DNA from: Myxococcota bacterium
GTDB lineage: Bacteria; Myxococcota_A; UBA796; CAJQPC01
Length of the DNA stretch: 64,000 bases
Reading direction: 5' to 3'
Assembly (NCBI GenBank): GCA_036012755.1
Contig: DASCPX010000059.1
Location: 32,001-96,000, forward strand
The translations under genes were made by a program, and so were the position numbers. The notes below the pieces were generated by a model. It worked only from the letters and a program-made list of their open reading frames with translations, was not told the DNA's origin and did no database searches. Shown here piece by piece: positions 38,061 to 47,995 of the stretch. Positions within the stretch are counted from its first letter, which is position 1; each line of letters begins with the position of its first letter.

Positions 38061-39566
38061 GTGAACGATCCGCCCCAACAAGACGACGCACTGCTGCGCC
38101 TCGGGACGTGGCAGCTGGCGCTGGCGGAGGGCGCGCCCGGGCAGCTCTTGAGGCTGGATACGGACGCGGCGTGGATCACGATCCCCAAGTTCGGCGCTGT
38201 CCTCTTGACCACAGCGCACGGACCCGAGCGGCTGGTCGAGCTCGCCACGGAGTTTCGCCAGCGGGCCACGAAGAAGGCCACGCTGGTGGTGCTCGGCGGC
38301 GGTTTGGACGTTCGCGAGCAGCTCGAGACGAACCCCCCCCTGCCCGAGCAACTCCCAGCTGGCTTCTCCGTTGGCCGCCCGATGGGAGTCGACGTGATGC
38401 ACGTCGATCACTGGGGCCGGAGGTGGCCGGGGGCCGTCGGAGAGCTCGCGCTCCTCGACCCCCGCGAGCCAGAGGTCCCCCCCGGCCAGTTCCAGGCAGC
38501 CGCGGACGAGGCCCTGCGGCAGGCCCGCGCCTTCTCTCGCTGGCAGAGCGTGATGCAGGGCCGAAAGCCCTGGGGGACCTGGCTGCTGTGCGCCGCGATC
38601 GCAGCGGTCTTCCTCATCGAGCTGGCCTCGGGAGGCACCGACAGCCTGCCGGTCCTCGTGCGCAGCGGCGGGCTCACCTCGGACGTGCTCTTCAGGGGCG
38701 AGCTCTGGCAGCTGGCGTCTGCCTCCTTCGTCCATGGAGGCTGGCTGCACATCGGCTTCGCCGTCTTCGTGCTGTGGATGCTCGGGGGCTTCCTCGAGCG
38801 CCTCATCGGCACGCCGCGCTTTTTGGTCCTCTACTTTCTCTCTGCGCTGGGTGGGAGCCTCCTCGCCATGCCGACCGCCCTGGCGGGGGCGACGGTCGTG
38901 GGTTCCTCGACGGCCCTCTGGGGCATCCTCGTCGCCCACTTCGTGCTCTCCCGTCGACCGCGCGGGCTGTTGCCCCCGGCGCTCTTGCCCCAGGCTCGGC
39001 GAGTCGCCACCATCAACCTCCTGCTCAACGCTGCGGTCTCCTTCCTTCCTGGTGTCTCCCTGCTCGGTCACCTGGGCGGGGGCCTCGTCGGCTTCATGCT
39101 CTTCATGCCCGGGATCCTCCAGTGGGGTCTGTCGGCGAAGGTCGAGACGCCGCTGTCGAAGCGCATCTTTCGTGGCCTCGCCGCCGGATTGACGGGCTTG
39201 TTCCTGAGCGCCCAGGTGGTGGCGCTCTCCAGCGGCACACCCTGGGTCGTAGAAGGTGAACCGACCCTCGAGGAGCGCGAGCTCGTGTCCGGACTGGTCG
39301 TGGAGATCCCCGACTACCTCGAGCAGGATGGCCAGAAGCACGGGCGCGTGCCTCGCGATCCGGCCTCTGTGAAGGCCGTCGAGCACCGCCCGAAGGACCC
39401 CGATCGCTTTGTCGAGAGTTGGGCGCGCCTGCATCCCGAGGACACGATCCTGTGGGTCGACGACCGCCTTGTCACGGTCCGCATCGAACAGGTCGAAGGG
39501 ATGGACGTCCCCTGGGTGGGCGCCCTGGAGAGGCAGCTCTCGGCCCACGCCCGGCCAGAGGAATGA
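38061..39566 (+). CDS. Rhomboid intramembrane protease with extra N- and C-terminal domains
   Basis: GELWQL...FVHGGWLHI, LER.IG, VGSS, GHLGG. Confidence 0.85.
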   Translation: MNDPPQQDDALLRLGTWQLALAEGAPGQLLRLDTDAAWITIPKFGAVLLTTAHGPERLVELATEFRQRATKKATLVVLGGGLDVREQLETNPPLPEQLPAGFSVGRPMGVDVMHVDHWGRRWPGAVGELALLDPREPEVPPGQFQAAADEALRQARAFSRWQSVMQGRKPWGTWLLCAAIAAVFLIELASGGTDSLPVLVRSGGLTSDVLFRGELWQLASASFVHGGWLHIGFAVFVLWMLGGFLERLIGTPRFLVLYFLSALGGSLLAMPTALAGATVVGSSTALWGILVAHFVLSRRPRGLLPPALLPQARRVATINLLLNAAVSFLPGVSLLGHLGGGLVGFMLFMPGILQWGLSAKVETPLSKRIFRGLAAGLTGLFLSAQVVALSSGTPWVVEGEPTLEERELVSGLVVEIPDYLEQDGQKHGRVPRDPASVKAVEHRPKDPDRFVESWARLHPEDTILWVDDRLVTVRIEQVEGMDVPWVGALERQLSAHARPEE

Positions 39567-39604
39567 GCAGAGACATCATCTGAACCTGTGGTATCCAAAA
39601 CCGG

Positions 39605-41245
39605 ATGCCCGAACATGGTCTGGACCGTAAGACGCACGAGTCCGCAGCGGGCCTCTTCAAGGCCTTCGACAAGCTGCTGCGGGCGATCCGCCTGTACGAG
39701 GGGGAGGGCCCGCTGGTGGACCGGCTGGTCGAAGAGGTCGCCACCAGGGCGAAGGACACCGTGGTGGGAGAGCTGACCCTGCGCGTGACCCCGGTGGGGC
39801 TCGTGCTCGATGGCAAACCCCTCATCTCCGGAGACGACAAGGTCCCTTCCTACCTCTTCGAGCTCTTCTGCGATGGCGCGCGCGAGCTGACGCTCATCGA
39901 GGGCATCGACGGCCCCCAGATTCACAAGCTCGCCGAGGTCTTCACCGCGCAGTTCGCGGACGAGGAAGAGGATCGGGTCACGCTGTTGTGGAAGGCCGAT
40001 CTCACCCACATCCGGTACTTCGCCACCGACACGCTGGAGGTGGGCGAGTACGTCGACGAAGAGACCCAGTCCCAGCTCGCATCCGGACGCCAGGTCCGCG
40101 GACTCTCCGGCACTGGCGATGGGGACGAGGTCGTGCTCTCCAGCGACGATCTGCGCATCCTGCGGACGAACGAGGCGCTCCTCTGGGTGCGCGACGCTCG
40201 GACGCCCATGACCGCTCCCGAGAAGCTCGAGGACGCGATCGCGATGGTGCGAAAGTCCTTCGAGACACCCTCGGACCACCGCCGCTTCCTCGCGATGACC
40301 ATTCGCTTCGGCGTCGACGAACCCGGCGTGGCCAGTCCGCTCGCGCTCGGACACTACGACGCGCTGCTGATGTCGCGGGACCACGAGGGACTCGCGGCGA
40401 CGCTGGAGGGACTCGCCGCGCTGATGCCCCGGGCCGGCACGCCTGGGAAGACCCTGCGGGCAGCGCTCTTCGAGCCACGCCGGCTCGCCGGGATCGCCCC
40501 GATCGTCGAGCACCACCCAGGCACCACGCTCTCGGCCCTGAGTGCCCTCTGCGGAGAGGAACTCGCCCCGCTCGTGGGTCTGCTGAACCACCTGCGCCCA
40601 GGCAAGCCGCAGCAGCTCCTGCAGAGCATGCTGGAAGAAGGCGGCGTCGATCTCTCTGCCTTCTACACCCGAGGCCTGGACGATCCGGACATCGAGGTGG
40701 TGGTGGCCGCGGTGAAGTCGCTCGCCCGGACCGGCACGCCCCAGGCCTATGGCGAGATCGCGAAGGCCCTCGCCCACACGCTGACGCCCGTCCGCCAGGC
40801 TGCCCTGCAGGCCCTCGTCGGCAACTACGTCGAGAGCGCGAGGCTGTCCCTGGGGCGCGCCCTCCGTGATCCGGTACGAGAGAATCGCTTCCTCGCCCTG
40901 GACGTCCTCGAGCACTCCGGCGAGACCCGGGCGGCCGGGCTGATCCTGGGCGCCATGCAGGACAGCGGGTTCTCGAGCCGAGACGACGAGGAGCAGGGAG
41001 CCTTCTACAAGGCGCTGGCCTCCTTCGAGGACCCGCGCACCGTGAGCTTCTTCGCCAGGGTGCTGATGTCCAGCAACATCACCCGCAGCGAAGGCCTGGA
41101 GAGGCGCCAGATCCAGGCGGCCCAGGCGCTGGCGCGCATCAAGACCGACGAGTCCCGCGCGGCCCTGGCCAAGAGCCGAGGACGCTGGCGCCTCTCTCCG
41201 CGCGTTCGCAGCGCCGTGGACGACGCCACCCGTGAGTCGACGTGA
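39605..41245 (+). CDS. HEAT-repeat protein with RLY-containing N-terminal domain
   Basis: C-terminal LDDPD/VR..A..AL repeats. Confidence 0.8.
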   Translation: MPEHGLDRKTHESAAGLFKAFDKLLRAIRLYEGEGPLVDRLVEEVATRAKDTVVGELTLRVTPVGLVLDGKPLISGDDKVPSYLFELFCDGARELTLIEGIDGPQIHKLAEVFTAQFADEEEDRVTLLWKADLTHIRYFATDTLEVGEYVDEETQSQLASGRQVRGLSGTGDGDEVVLSSDDLRILRTNEALLWVRDARTPMTAPEKLEDAIAMVRKSFETPSDHRRFLAMTIRFGVDEPGVASPLALGHYDALLMSRDHEGLAATLEGLAALMPRAGTPGKTLRAALFEPRRLAGIAPIVEHHPGTTLSALSALCGEELAPLVGLLNHLRPGKPQQLLQSMLEEGGVDLSAFYTRGLDDPDIEVVVAAVKSLARTGTPQAYGEIAKALAHTLTPVRQAALQALVGNYVESARLSLGRALRDPVRENRFLALDVLEHSGETRAAGLILGAMQDSGFSSRDDEEQGAFYKALASFEDPRTVSFFARVLMSSNITRSEGLERRQIQAAQALARIKTDESRAALAKSRGRWRLSPRVRSAVDDATREST

Positions 41246-42621
41246 ACGAGGCTCGCCGCCAGCGCCTCCAGGAGGCGGGTTGCCAGGTCCTGCTCCTGCT
41301 CCAGGGCCTGACCCGCGCCGTGGTTCTCTACGAGCCGAACAACGCGACGGTCACGCGGCTCGTCGACATGCTCGAGGCCGCGCTCGCCGAGTTCCTCGGA
41401 TCCGCTACCGAGCTGCGCCTCCAGCTGCGAACGGACGAGTTCTTCGCCAACGGCAAGCTCCTGAAGCTCGACCCCAACAACTACGAGCGCTTCTCCGAGC
41501 TCGGGGCCACTCTCAACAAGTACGACGCGGGGGAGATCCGCTTCGAGAAGGGGGTCACCCGGGCGCACATCGAGAAGTTCGTCGACGAGCTCGCAGCCGC
41601 CCAGCGCAGCTCGGATGGCACGCTGGAGCGGCGCTATGGCCGCATCGGGCTCGCCACCTTCAAGGGTCGCTCGATGGCGAGCTTCCGCATGGAGCCGGAC
41701 AAGCTGGCGGTCTGGCTCTACAGCGGCTTCCTCGACATCGTCGAGCGTCTCTACGCGGCCCAGGGCGACGGCGAGGCCCCGTCGCTGCTGCCGGTCCGGC
41801 GGATCCTGCAGCTCATCATCGACAACATGCGCCGCCACGGCGCGATCTACCAGCTGCTCACCAACGTCCGGGACCACAGCCAGCCCATCGACTATGTCCG
41901 CCTCCGGGTCGGCATCTGCATCGACACCCTCGGCCTGGGCATCTGGCTCGGTCTCGACAACAACCAGCTCATGATCATCGGACTGGCCGCCATCACCGGG
42001 GGGCTTTCGGAGGCGGCGGAGCCCGAAGCGCGGCTGCGCCCGCTGTTTCGATACGCTGGCCTCGCCGAGACCGCCATGCCCCTGGTCGTCACGGTGCACG
42101 ACGCCGCCTCCTCCCGCCTCGGCAATCCTGCCGGGACGCCGGGTCGGCTCCTGGCTGTCGTCGAGACCTTCCACGAGGCTGTCAGCTACCCGCGGGCTGG
42201 CGAGGAGATGCGCTCGGAGTCCGCGGTCATCGCGGACCTCGTCGCGGGCCGGATCGAGAACGTCCACCTCGGAGCAGCGCGCATCTTCGGTGTGTACAAG
42301 GGTCGCTATCCGCTGGGCACCGCGCTCCGCCTCGACGACGGGCGGCTGGCGATCGTCTACAGCCACGGAGTGAGCGAGGGCGGCAAGTCCAAGCCGCAGG
42401 TCGGCATCGTGGACAACGGGTGCCTGATCGAACGCATCGACCTCGCCAGCTCCAAGCTGAAGATCGCCAGCGTGGCACACGCTGGCTCACTGCCCCTGGT
42501 CCTCGATCCCGACCGTGGACGAGTCAGCTCAGGGCAGGTCGGGGTCGATGTCGGGAGGGCGGCCTCGGGCGGTCCGGACGACGAACCCGACAATGGCGAC
42601 CATGCCCCACCCGAGCCCTAG
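41242..42621 (+). CDS. Degenerate HD-GYP-like protein
   Basis: GRLLAVVETF and GRYPLGT resemble the HD-GYP C-terminus; no HD dyad visible; GTGA overlap. Confidence 0.6.
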   Translation: MNEARRQRLQEAGCQVLLLLQGLTRAVVLYEPNNATVTRLVDMLEAALAEFLGSATELRLQLRTDEFFANGKLLKLDPNNYERFSELGATLNKYDAGEIRFEKGVTRAHIEKFVDELAAAQRSSDGTLERRYGRIGLATFKGRSMASFRMEPDKLAVWLYSGFLDIVERLYAAQGDGEAPSLLPVRRILQLIIDNMRRHGAIYQLLTNVRDHSQPIDYVRLRVGICIDTLGLGIWLGLDNNQLMIIGLAAITGGLSEAAEPEARLRPLFRYAGLAETAMPLVVTVHDAASSRLGNPAGTPGRLLAVVETFHEAVSYPRAGEEMRSESAVIADLVAGRIENVHLGAARIFGVYKGRYPLGTALRLDDGRLAIVYSHGVSEGGKSKPQVGIVDNGCLIERIDLASSKLKIASVAHAGSLPLVLDPDRGRVSSGQVGVDVGRAASGGPDDEPDNGDHAPPEP

Positions 42622-43026
42622 GACGACCCCCAGGTCCACGAGGCCTCGCCATGGCTGAGCCAGCATGCCGATCGCGAGGACGAGTCCGGCGATGCCCCCG
42701 ACCAGGGCCCAGTTGGCGATGATGCGCTTTCGAGATGCGTGGATGAGGCCCATGCAGAAGAGGGGAGCGAACAGCAGGTGGAGTGGCCGCGGGTTCTCGA
42801 AGAGATGGATGGCCCGGCGCACGACGCGGGGTGAGAAGCGGGTCTGGAATCCGCGGTAGCCCTCGGCGTAGCCCATGAAGAGGACCCAGCTGACGGCGAA
42901 GGCCCACTGTCCGGCACTCCAGGGCATCTCGATGGCCGCGCAGGCAAGCGGGACCAGCGCCGTGAGCGCCTGCGCGAGGAGCAGGAAGATCCCACCTATT
43001 CCCCAGGCCCAGGCCAGCCAACGCAT
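42529..43026 (-). CDS. Conserved-looking membrane protein
   Basis: Four TM segments; FMGYAEGYRGFQ.RFSP, QPWRGLVD.GVV. Confidence 0.75.
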   Translation of the reverse strand: MRWLAWAWGIGGIFLLLAQALTALVPLACAAIEMPWSAGQWAFAVSWVLFMGYAEGYRGFQTRFSPRVVRRAIHLFENPRPLHLLFAPLFCMGLIHASRKRIIANWALVGGIAGLVLAIGMLAQPWRGLVDLGVVLGLGWGMVAIVGFVVRTARGRPPDIDPDLP

Positions 43027-43094
43027 CAGGCGCCTCTAATCCGCAGGGAGGGCGAACTCAACGGCAGTTATGCTGGCGATCCGGAGAACGAACC

Positions 43095-44249
43095 ATGCTG
43101 CTGTCGGTCCTGCTCACCGCAGAGGCCTCGTACTTCGTCGGACTCGGCGAGGAGATCACGATGCCGACCAACGGCACCTTCCACCGGAGCGCACCACGGG
43201 GGGACGATGGCTGGTGGTTCTTCATCGGGGCGGGTGGCTCCTACGTCGCCTTCGAGGCGGACAAGGACCACGGCTACGACGACAGGGAGCGTCTGGACGT
43301 CGCGGAGCGGGACGACCTCGTGGATCGGGCGATCACCAAGTGCCCGGACGGGACCTGGTTCATCGCCGGCTCCGGCAACTTAGATGACTTCAACGACTCG
43401 GTCTGGGTCTTCAAGGCGGACGCGGAGCTGAACAAGACCAACGAAGACACCGTCGCCGAGAGCTCGAGCGAGCGGCAGCACAACGACATGGCCCTGGTCT
43501 GCAGCTCTGTCTTCAGCGGGGTGTCCTTCCTCTCCAACAGCGGAGGGTCGGACCTCTTCGAGGTCGACAGCGAGGGCAGCATCATCGAACAGCACCACCT
43601 GTCTGACACCCCAGGCATGATGGGTGGCTCCATGATCGCGCTGGAGGACACTGGAGAGCTGGTCCTGATCGGTCGAGGCGTGGAGATGATGAGCAGCGAG
43701 ATCGAGATCGGGGTCTACGACGAGGAGCTGCAGAGGATCTCGTCGAAGTCGGTCGAGCTCATGGCAGGTCGGACTGAGCGAGTCTGGTGGCCCCAGTCGA
43801 TCCTGAAGGTCGGCGACATCTTCCTCCTCGCGTACATGGCGCGGATCGAGGCCAACGGCGACTTCCCCGCGGACGAGGGTGAGGTGTGGCTCGCGGTGCT
43901 CGACTCGAACTTCGACTTCGTGGAGAGCATCCAGGTCACCGACCTGGCTGGATCTGGTGCCGGTGCCATGCGGCCGGGCCTCTCACGGCGCGGAGAGACA
44001 CTCACGGTGAGCTACGACGTCCAGGTGAGCCCACGCCTGCGCGAGGTCACCCTCGACCTCACCGGCGCGCACGTGCCCGGAGACTCGGGCGATCCCCAGG
44101 ACTACGGCGACGAGACCGGGGATGGCTCGGACGACTCCGGCGAGGACGGCGGCGGCGGGGGGATCTGCGGCTGCACCACTGGCGGTCTCGGGGGGACCGG
44201 CCTGGCCCTCGGCGCGACGCTGCTCCTCTGGGCTCGCCGCCAGCGTTGA
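43095..44249 (+). CDS. Secreted beta-rich protein with MYXO-CTERM-like tail
   Basis: Short signal; C-terminal CGCTT, hydrophobic stretch, RRQR. Confidence 0.75.
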   Translation: MLLSVLLTAEASYFVGLGEEITMPTNGTFHRSAPRGDDGWWFFIGAGGSYVAFEADKDHGYDDRERLDVAERDDLVDRAITKCPDGTWFIAGSGNLDDFNDSVWVFKADAELNKTNEDTVAESSSERQHNDMALVCSSVFSGVSFLSNSGGSDLFEVDSEGSIIEQHHLSDTPGMMGGSMIALEDTGELVLIGRGVEMMSSEIEIGVYDEELQRISSKSVELMAGRTERVWWPQSILKVGDIFLLAYMARIEANGDFPADEGEVWLAVLDSNFDFVESIQVTDLAGSGAGAMRPGLSRRGETLTVSYDVQVSPRLREVTLDLTGAHVPGDSGDPQDYGDETGDGSDDSGEDGGGGGICGCTTGGLGGTGLALGATLLLWARRQR

Positions 44250-45694
44250 CCCCGCACAGAGTCCGGATCCTCGCCCGCAAGTTCGGGCTCAGGGAGCGCC
44301 TGCCAGAGGCCTGCGAGGCCGAGGCGGACTCCTTGTCGGTCGACCTCGGCGGACTCGAGGATCTGTCGCACCTGCCCTTCGTCACGATCGACGAGCCGCA
44401 CAGCAAGGACCTCGACCAGGCGCTCTACGTCGAGTCTCGAGAGCCCGGCTGGGTCGCCTGGTATGCCATCGCGGACGCTGCCTTCTTCGTCCATCCGGAC
44501 TCGGCGCTGTTTGCGGAGGCCCTCCGCCGGGGCGCCACCTACTACCTCCCCGGGCTCATGGTTCCGATGCTGCCTCGCCGCCTCTGCGAGGACCTCGTCT
44601 CCATCAACCCGCAGGTGGAACGGCGCGCGCTGGTCTTTCGGATGGAGGTCGCTGCGGACGGCACGGCCACCGCGACCCGCGTCTGCAGGGCACACGTGCG
44701 CTCGAGAGCCAAGCTCCACTACGACGGCGTCCAGGCTTTCCTGGACGGCCGCAGCGAGTCCGGCTGCGCCGAGGCCGAGGACTCCTTGCGCAGCCTGGTC
44801 GACTTCGGGGAGGCGCGCCTGGCCCACGCCGAAGGGCGTGACGTCGTGCACTTCCATCGGCGCGAGTTGGAGCTCTGTGTTGGGGGCCAGCACCTCCACG
44901 TCTTCGCCCGAGAGGACCCGCGCAACGACGTCGAGCGGTACAACGAGCAGCTCAGCTTGCTGGCAAACATCGAGGGCGCTCGCCTGCTGGCGACCGCGCA
45001 CGACGCCTGGGTCCAGCCGGTCTTTCGGACCCACGACCCGCCGGCGCCGGAGCGGCTGATGACGCTGAGACGACAGCTTGGGATCATCACGGCGGCCCGG
45101 CCCGACCTCGCCTGGGACCGGGGAGAGAGCCTCGCGGCGTACATCCGCCGGCTGCCTGACGAGCCCATGTCGCAGGTCATCTCCCGGCAGGTGATGCGAG
45201 CGGGCGGAAGGAGTGGTTTCTCGGCCGAGCCCGGCGTTCACCATGGAGTGGGCGCCGACGTGTACGCGCGCTTCACGGCGCCGATGCGCGAGGTGGTGGG
45301 CGTCTTCGTTCACAAGGAGATGTGGGAGCTCCTCGCTGGCGGCGGCCGGGTCGACCCCGAGGTGCAGGCGGCGGTGATCCGTGCCGCGAGCAGAGCCAAG
45401 TCCCTCCAGCGGCGTCTCGACGGGGCCTGTGAGCGTATTGCGCTCGACCGGCTCTTCGAGACCCGGAGCCACTTCGAGGCCATCGTCATGGGCCTGGGAA
45501 AGGGCAGGCTCCACCTCCAGCTCCTCGACCCTCCGCTCGACGTCAAGCTCTACCTCCGCGATCTCCCGGGTGCCCGCGCCGCTGGGATCCGTTTGCGGCG
45601 CGACGGCGAGGAGATCTGCCGCCTCGGTGACGTCGTGACGGTCTGTGTCCAGGGACTGGACGAGCGAAGGAACCGATGGGTCCTTGGGCTCTGA
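44246..45694 (+). CDS. Compact RNB-domain exoribonuclease (RNase II/R family)
   Basis: TIDEPHSKDLDQA, AIAD, PMLP, YARFTAPMR. Confidence 0.85.
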   Translation: MTPHRVRILARKFGLRERLPEACEAEADSLSVDLGGLEDLSHLPFVTIDEPHSKDLDQALYVESREPGWVAWYAIADAAFFVHPDSALFAEALRRGATYYLPGLMVPMLPRRLCEDLVSINPQVERRALVFRMEVAADGTATATRVCRAHVRSRAKLHYDGVQAFLDGRSESGCAEAEDSLRSLVDFGEARLAHAEGRDVVHFHRRELELCVGGQHLHVFAREDPRNDVERYNEQLSLLANIEGARLLATAHDAWVQPVFRTHDPPAPERLMTLRRQLGIITAARPDLAWDRGESLAAYIRRLPDEPMSQVISRQVMRAGGRSGFSAEPGVHHGVGADVYARFTAPMREVVGVFVHKEMWELLAGGGRVDPEVQAAVIRAASRAKSLQRRLDGACERIALDRLFETRSHFEAIVMGLGKGRLHLQLLDPPLDVKLYLRDLPGARAAGIRLRRDGEEICRLGDVVTVCVQGLDERRNRWVLGL

Positions 45695-46386
45695 TCCTGT
45701 CCTGCGGCTCCGAGCCGCCGTGGAGAGAGGCCCTCGACGCGCCCCCGGCTGAGGCGCTGGCGGCCTGCCGCATGCTCGAGGGCAACGCCGCCGAAGAGTG
45801 CGCCTTCGGGGTGCTGAAGACCAACGACCTCGTGGACGAGGTCGCCTGCGAGGCGCTGGCCGAGGGACCCTACCGGAACGAGTGCCGGTTCATGGTGGCG
45901 GAGGAGCTCGCAGAGGCCGGCTCCCACAACGCGGCGGCCCGGAAGTGTCGCCAGACCGGCCCGTTCGAGCGCAGCTGCCTCCAGCACGGTTGGTTCCGGG
46001 CAGCGGACCAGGCGCTCCTGGTCTCGGGACCCCAGGGGTCGAACCCGGAGGTCGAGGAGATCATCTCCACCGCCGTGGCGGCTTATGGCGCGGGCCTCGG
46101 CGATCCGGAGGGCGTCGTCTGGGCCGCATACTGGTGGGCGTGGTGGGAGGGCAGGCCCCAGGTCGTGCTCGCCGCGTGCCCGGACGAGCGCTGCCGTGCG
46201 GCCAGCCTGACCGCTGCCGCGCGCTATGGATGGATCGCCGGCTGCGAGGGCGACGCCACGGCGAAGTGCGCCGAGGAGGCGGACTGCCTGGCGGCGGTCG
46301 CGCTCGGCAAGGAGCTCGCCTGCCAGGGCATGGAGCGGCCAGGCACTCCGGTCTTCCGCCGGGACGGCGTCAGAAACGAACGCTGA
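45676..46386 (+). CDS. Cys-rich helical lipoprotein
   Basis: LILSC lipobox; regularly spaced Cys pairs. Confidence 0.65.
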   Translation: MGPWALILSCGSEPPWREALDAPPAEALAACRMLEGNAAEECAFGVLKTNDLVDEVACEALAEGPYRNECRFMVAEELAEAGSHNAAARKCRQTGPFERSCLQHGWFRAADQALLVSGPQGSNPEVEEIISTAVAAYGAGLGDPEGVVWAAYWWAWWEGRPQVVLAACPDERCRAASLTAAARYGWIAGCEGDATAKCAEEADCLAAVALGKELACQGMERPGTPVFRRDGVRNER

Positions 46387-46933
46387 GCGCCAGGGACCCG
46401 GGCGTCAGGATCGGGCGGATCTCGATGCGCCGTCCGCGTTGCTCGAGGCCCGCGTTGTAGGAGTCGGCGAGCTCGTGGAGCTCCGTGATTCGCCACCACG
46501 CCAGCGGATCGTTGAGGCGCTTCTTGCCCTGGAAGAACCACACGAAGCCCATGGGCAGCGAGATCACTGCGCTGGCCATGAACCCCAGCCCGGCGGCGGA
46601 CAGGGCGAGGAACTGCGCGCTCCCGGTGGTCATCCCGATGAGCCCGCTGCCGTAGGCCAGGTAGAAGCCACCGACCAGGCCCACGCCGCCGTAGACCCAC
46701 ATCATGATGCTGGCTGTCTTGTGGAGCCGGTAGCTCTTCTTGTAGCGCTCGGCCGTGTGCCAGTCGCCGATCCGATGGGCGAACTCTCCCGGGGTGACGG
46801 GACGCATCTGGCTGTCGAGGATCTGGGTGCCGCCCATGTCGTCGGTCTCCACGACCACGCCTCGATAGGGCAGGGCGTCGGCGGCGTGCGCTTCTCCGAA
46901 GAAGAAGGCAAAGAGCAACAGCAGGTGGGTCAT
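46370..46933 (-). CDS. Secreted/membrane hypothetical protein
   Basis: Signal ending AHA; two TM helices; YN..L; C-terminal LALSVRF, the same plan as 20660..21718. Confidence 0.65.
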   Translation of the reverse strand: MTHLLLLFAFFFGEAHAADALPYRGVVVETDDMGGTQILDSQMRPVTPGEFAHRIGDWHTAERYKKSYRLHKTASIMMWVYGGVGLVGGFYLAYGSGLIGMTTGSAQFLALSAAGLGFMASAVISLPMGFVWFFQGKKRLNDPLAWWRITELHELADSYNAGLEQRGRRIEIRPILTPGSLALSVRF

Positions 46934-47058
46934 TCGGTCTCCGTCCGGGCGATCGCGCTGTCTCGGGTGTACCAGGAGGTCGGTTCGTCGAGGTTCCGGC
47001 GCCCCACCGCGCACACCGGGTCCGCGGCCAATGTCGAGCCGAGCAGTGCAAGCAGCAT
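46930..47058 (-). pseudogene. 42-aa signal-peptide ORF, probably an internally deleted gene
   Basis: TACGCT-N6-ATG; MLLALLGSTLA-AD; stop overlaps the next start (ATGA). Confidence 0.45.
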
Positions 47059-47105
47059 GGGCGGAGCGTAGCAGCCGCTTTCGTCAGCAGTGTAGGCTCG
47101 CTGGG

Positions 47106-47993
47106 ATGTACGTCGTCTTGCTGCTGTCCTGCACCGAGCCTGGGGACCTCGACTACACCCTCCCACCCGAGGAGGAGGACGACTCCAGCGTCGCCGAGTC
47201 GGCCCCCCCGGACAGCGATGACCTTGGAGATCCATGCGCCTACGAGGCCGGCGTCCAGAAGGGCACGGTGGAGAGCGCCGAGCTCGGCGAGATCTCCGGG
47301 CTCGCCCCGATGCAGGACTACGTCTGGGTCCACAACGACAGCGACAACGAAGGGCTGATGTACGCGATGGAGGTGGATGGGAGCCATGTGGGCACGGCCT
47401 GGATCGAAGACTACCTCTTGATCGACCCAGAGGACTCCGCTCGAGGCGACGGCAAGCTCTACCTGGGCGACATCGGCGACAACGGGGAGAACCGCGAGTT
47501 CATCCGCGTCTTCCGCTTCCCTGAGCCGGAACCCGACTTCGCGGTCGGCCAGCTCGAGTCCTTCCACATCACCTACCCCGACGGCCCCCACGACGCGGAG
47601 GCGATGGCCGTGGACAAGGACGGCTCGCTCTTCATCATCACCAAGTCTGCCAGCGGTGACAGCGGCATCTACAAGCTCGCGGCCCCGCTCACAGACGGCG
47701 AGCTGGAGAAGGTCGGCAGCCTCACCGTCGGATCGGGCGATCTGCCAGGCGGAACCGGGGTGACCTCGGCAGACGCAGACGACACGCGGGTCGTGCTGAG
47801 GACATACACCCACCTCTTTCTCTGGCCGCGTCTGGGCCGCACGTTGGACGAAGCCATCTCCACGCCGCCCGCCTGCAGCATCGACATCGAGTCCGAGCCA
47901 CAGGGCGAGGCCGTCGCGCTCAACAAGGCCGGCTTCTTGACGGTCAGCGAGGGCGAGAACCAGCCGATCTGGTTCTACAAGAAGAGCGACTAG
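47106..47993 (+). CDS. Beta-propeller lipoprotein
   Basis: MYVVLLLSC; EISGL, HNDS, GDIGDN, YPDGPHDAEA, QGEAV, TVSEG. Confidence 0.8.
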   Translation: MYVVLLLSCTEPGDLDYTLPPEEEDDSSVAESAPPDSDDLGDPCAYEAGVQKGTVESAELGEISGLAPMQDYVWVHNDSDNEGLMYAMEVDGSHVGTAWIEDYLLIDPEDSARGDGKLYLGDIGDNGENREFIRVFRFPEPEPDFAVGQLESFHITYPDGPHDAEAMAVDKDGSLFIITKSASGDSGIYKLAAPLTDGELEKVGSLTVGSGDLPGGTGVTSADADDTRVVLRTYTHLFLWPRLGRTLDEAISTPPACSIDIESEPQGEAVALNKAGFLTVSEGENQPIWFYKKSD

Positions 47994-47995
47994 TA

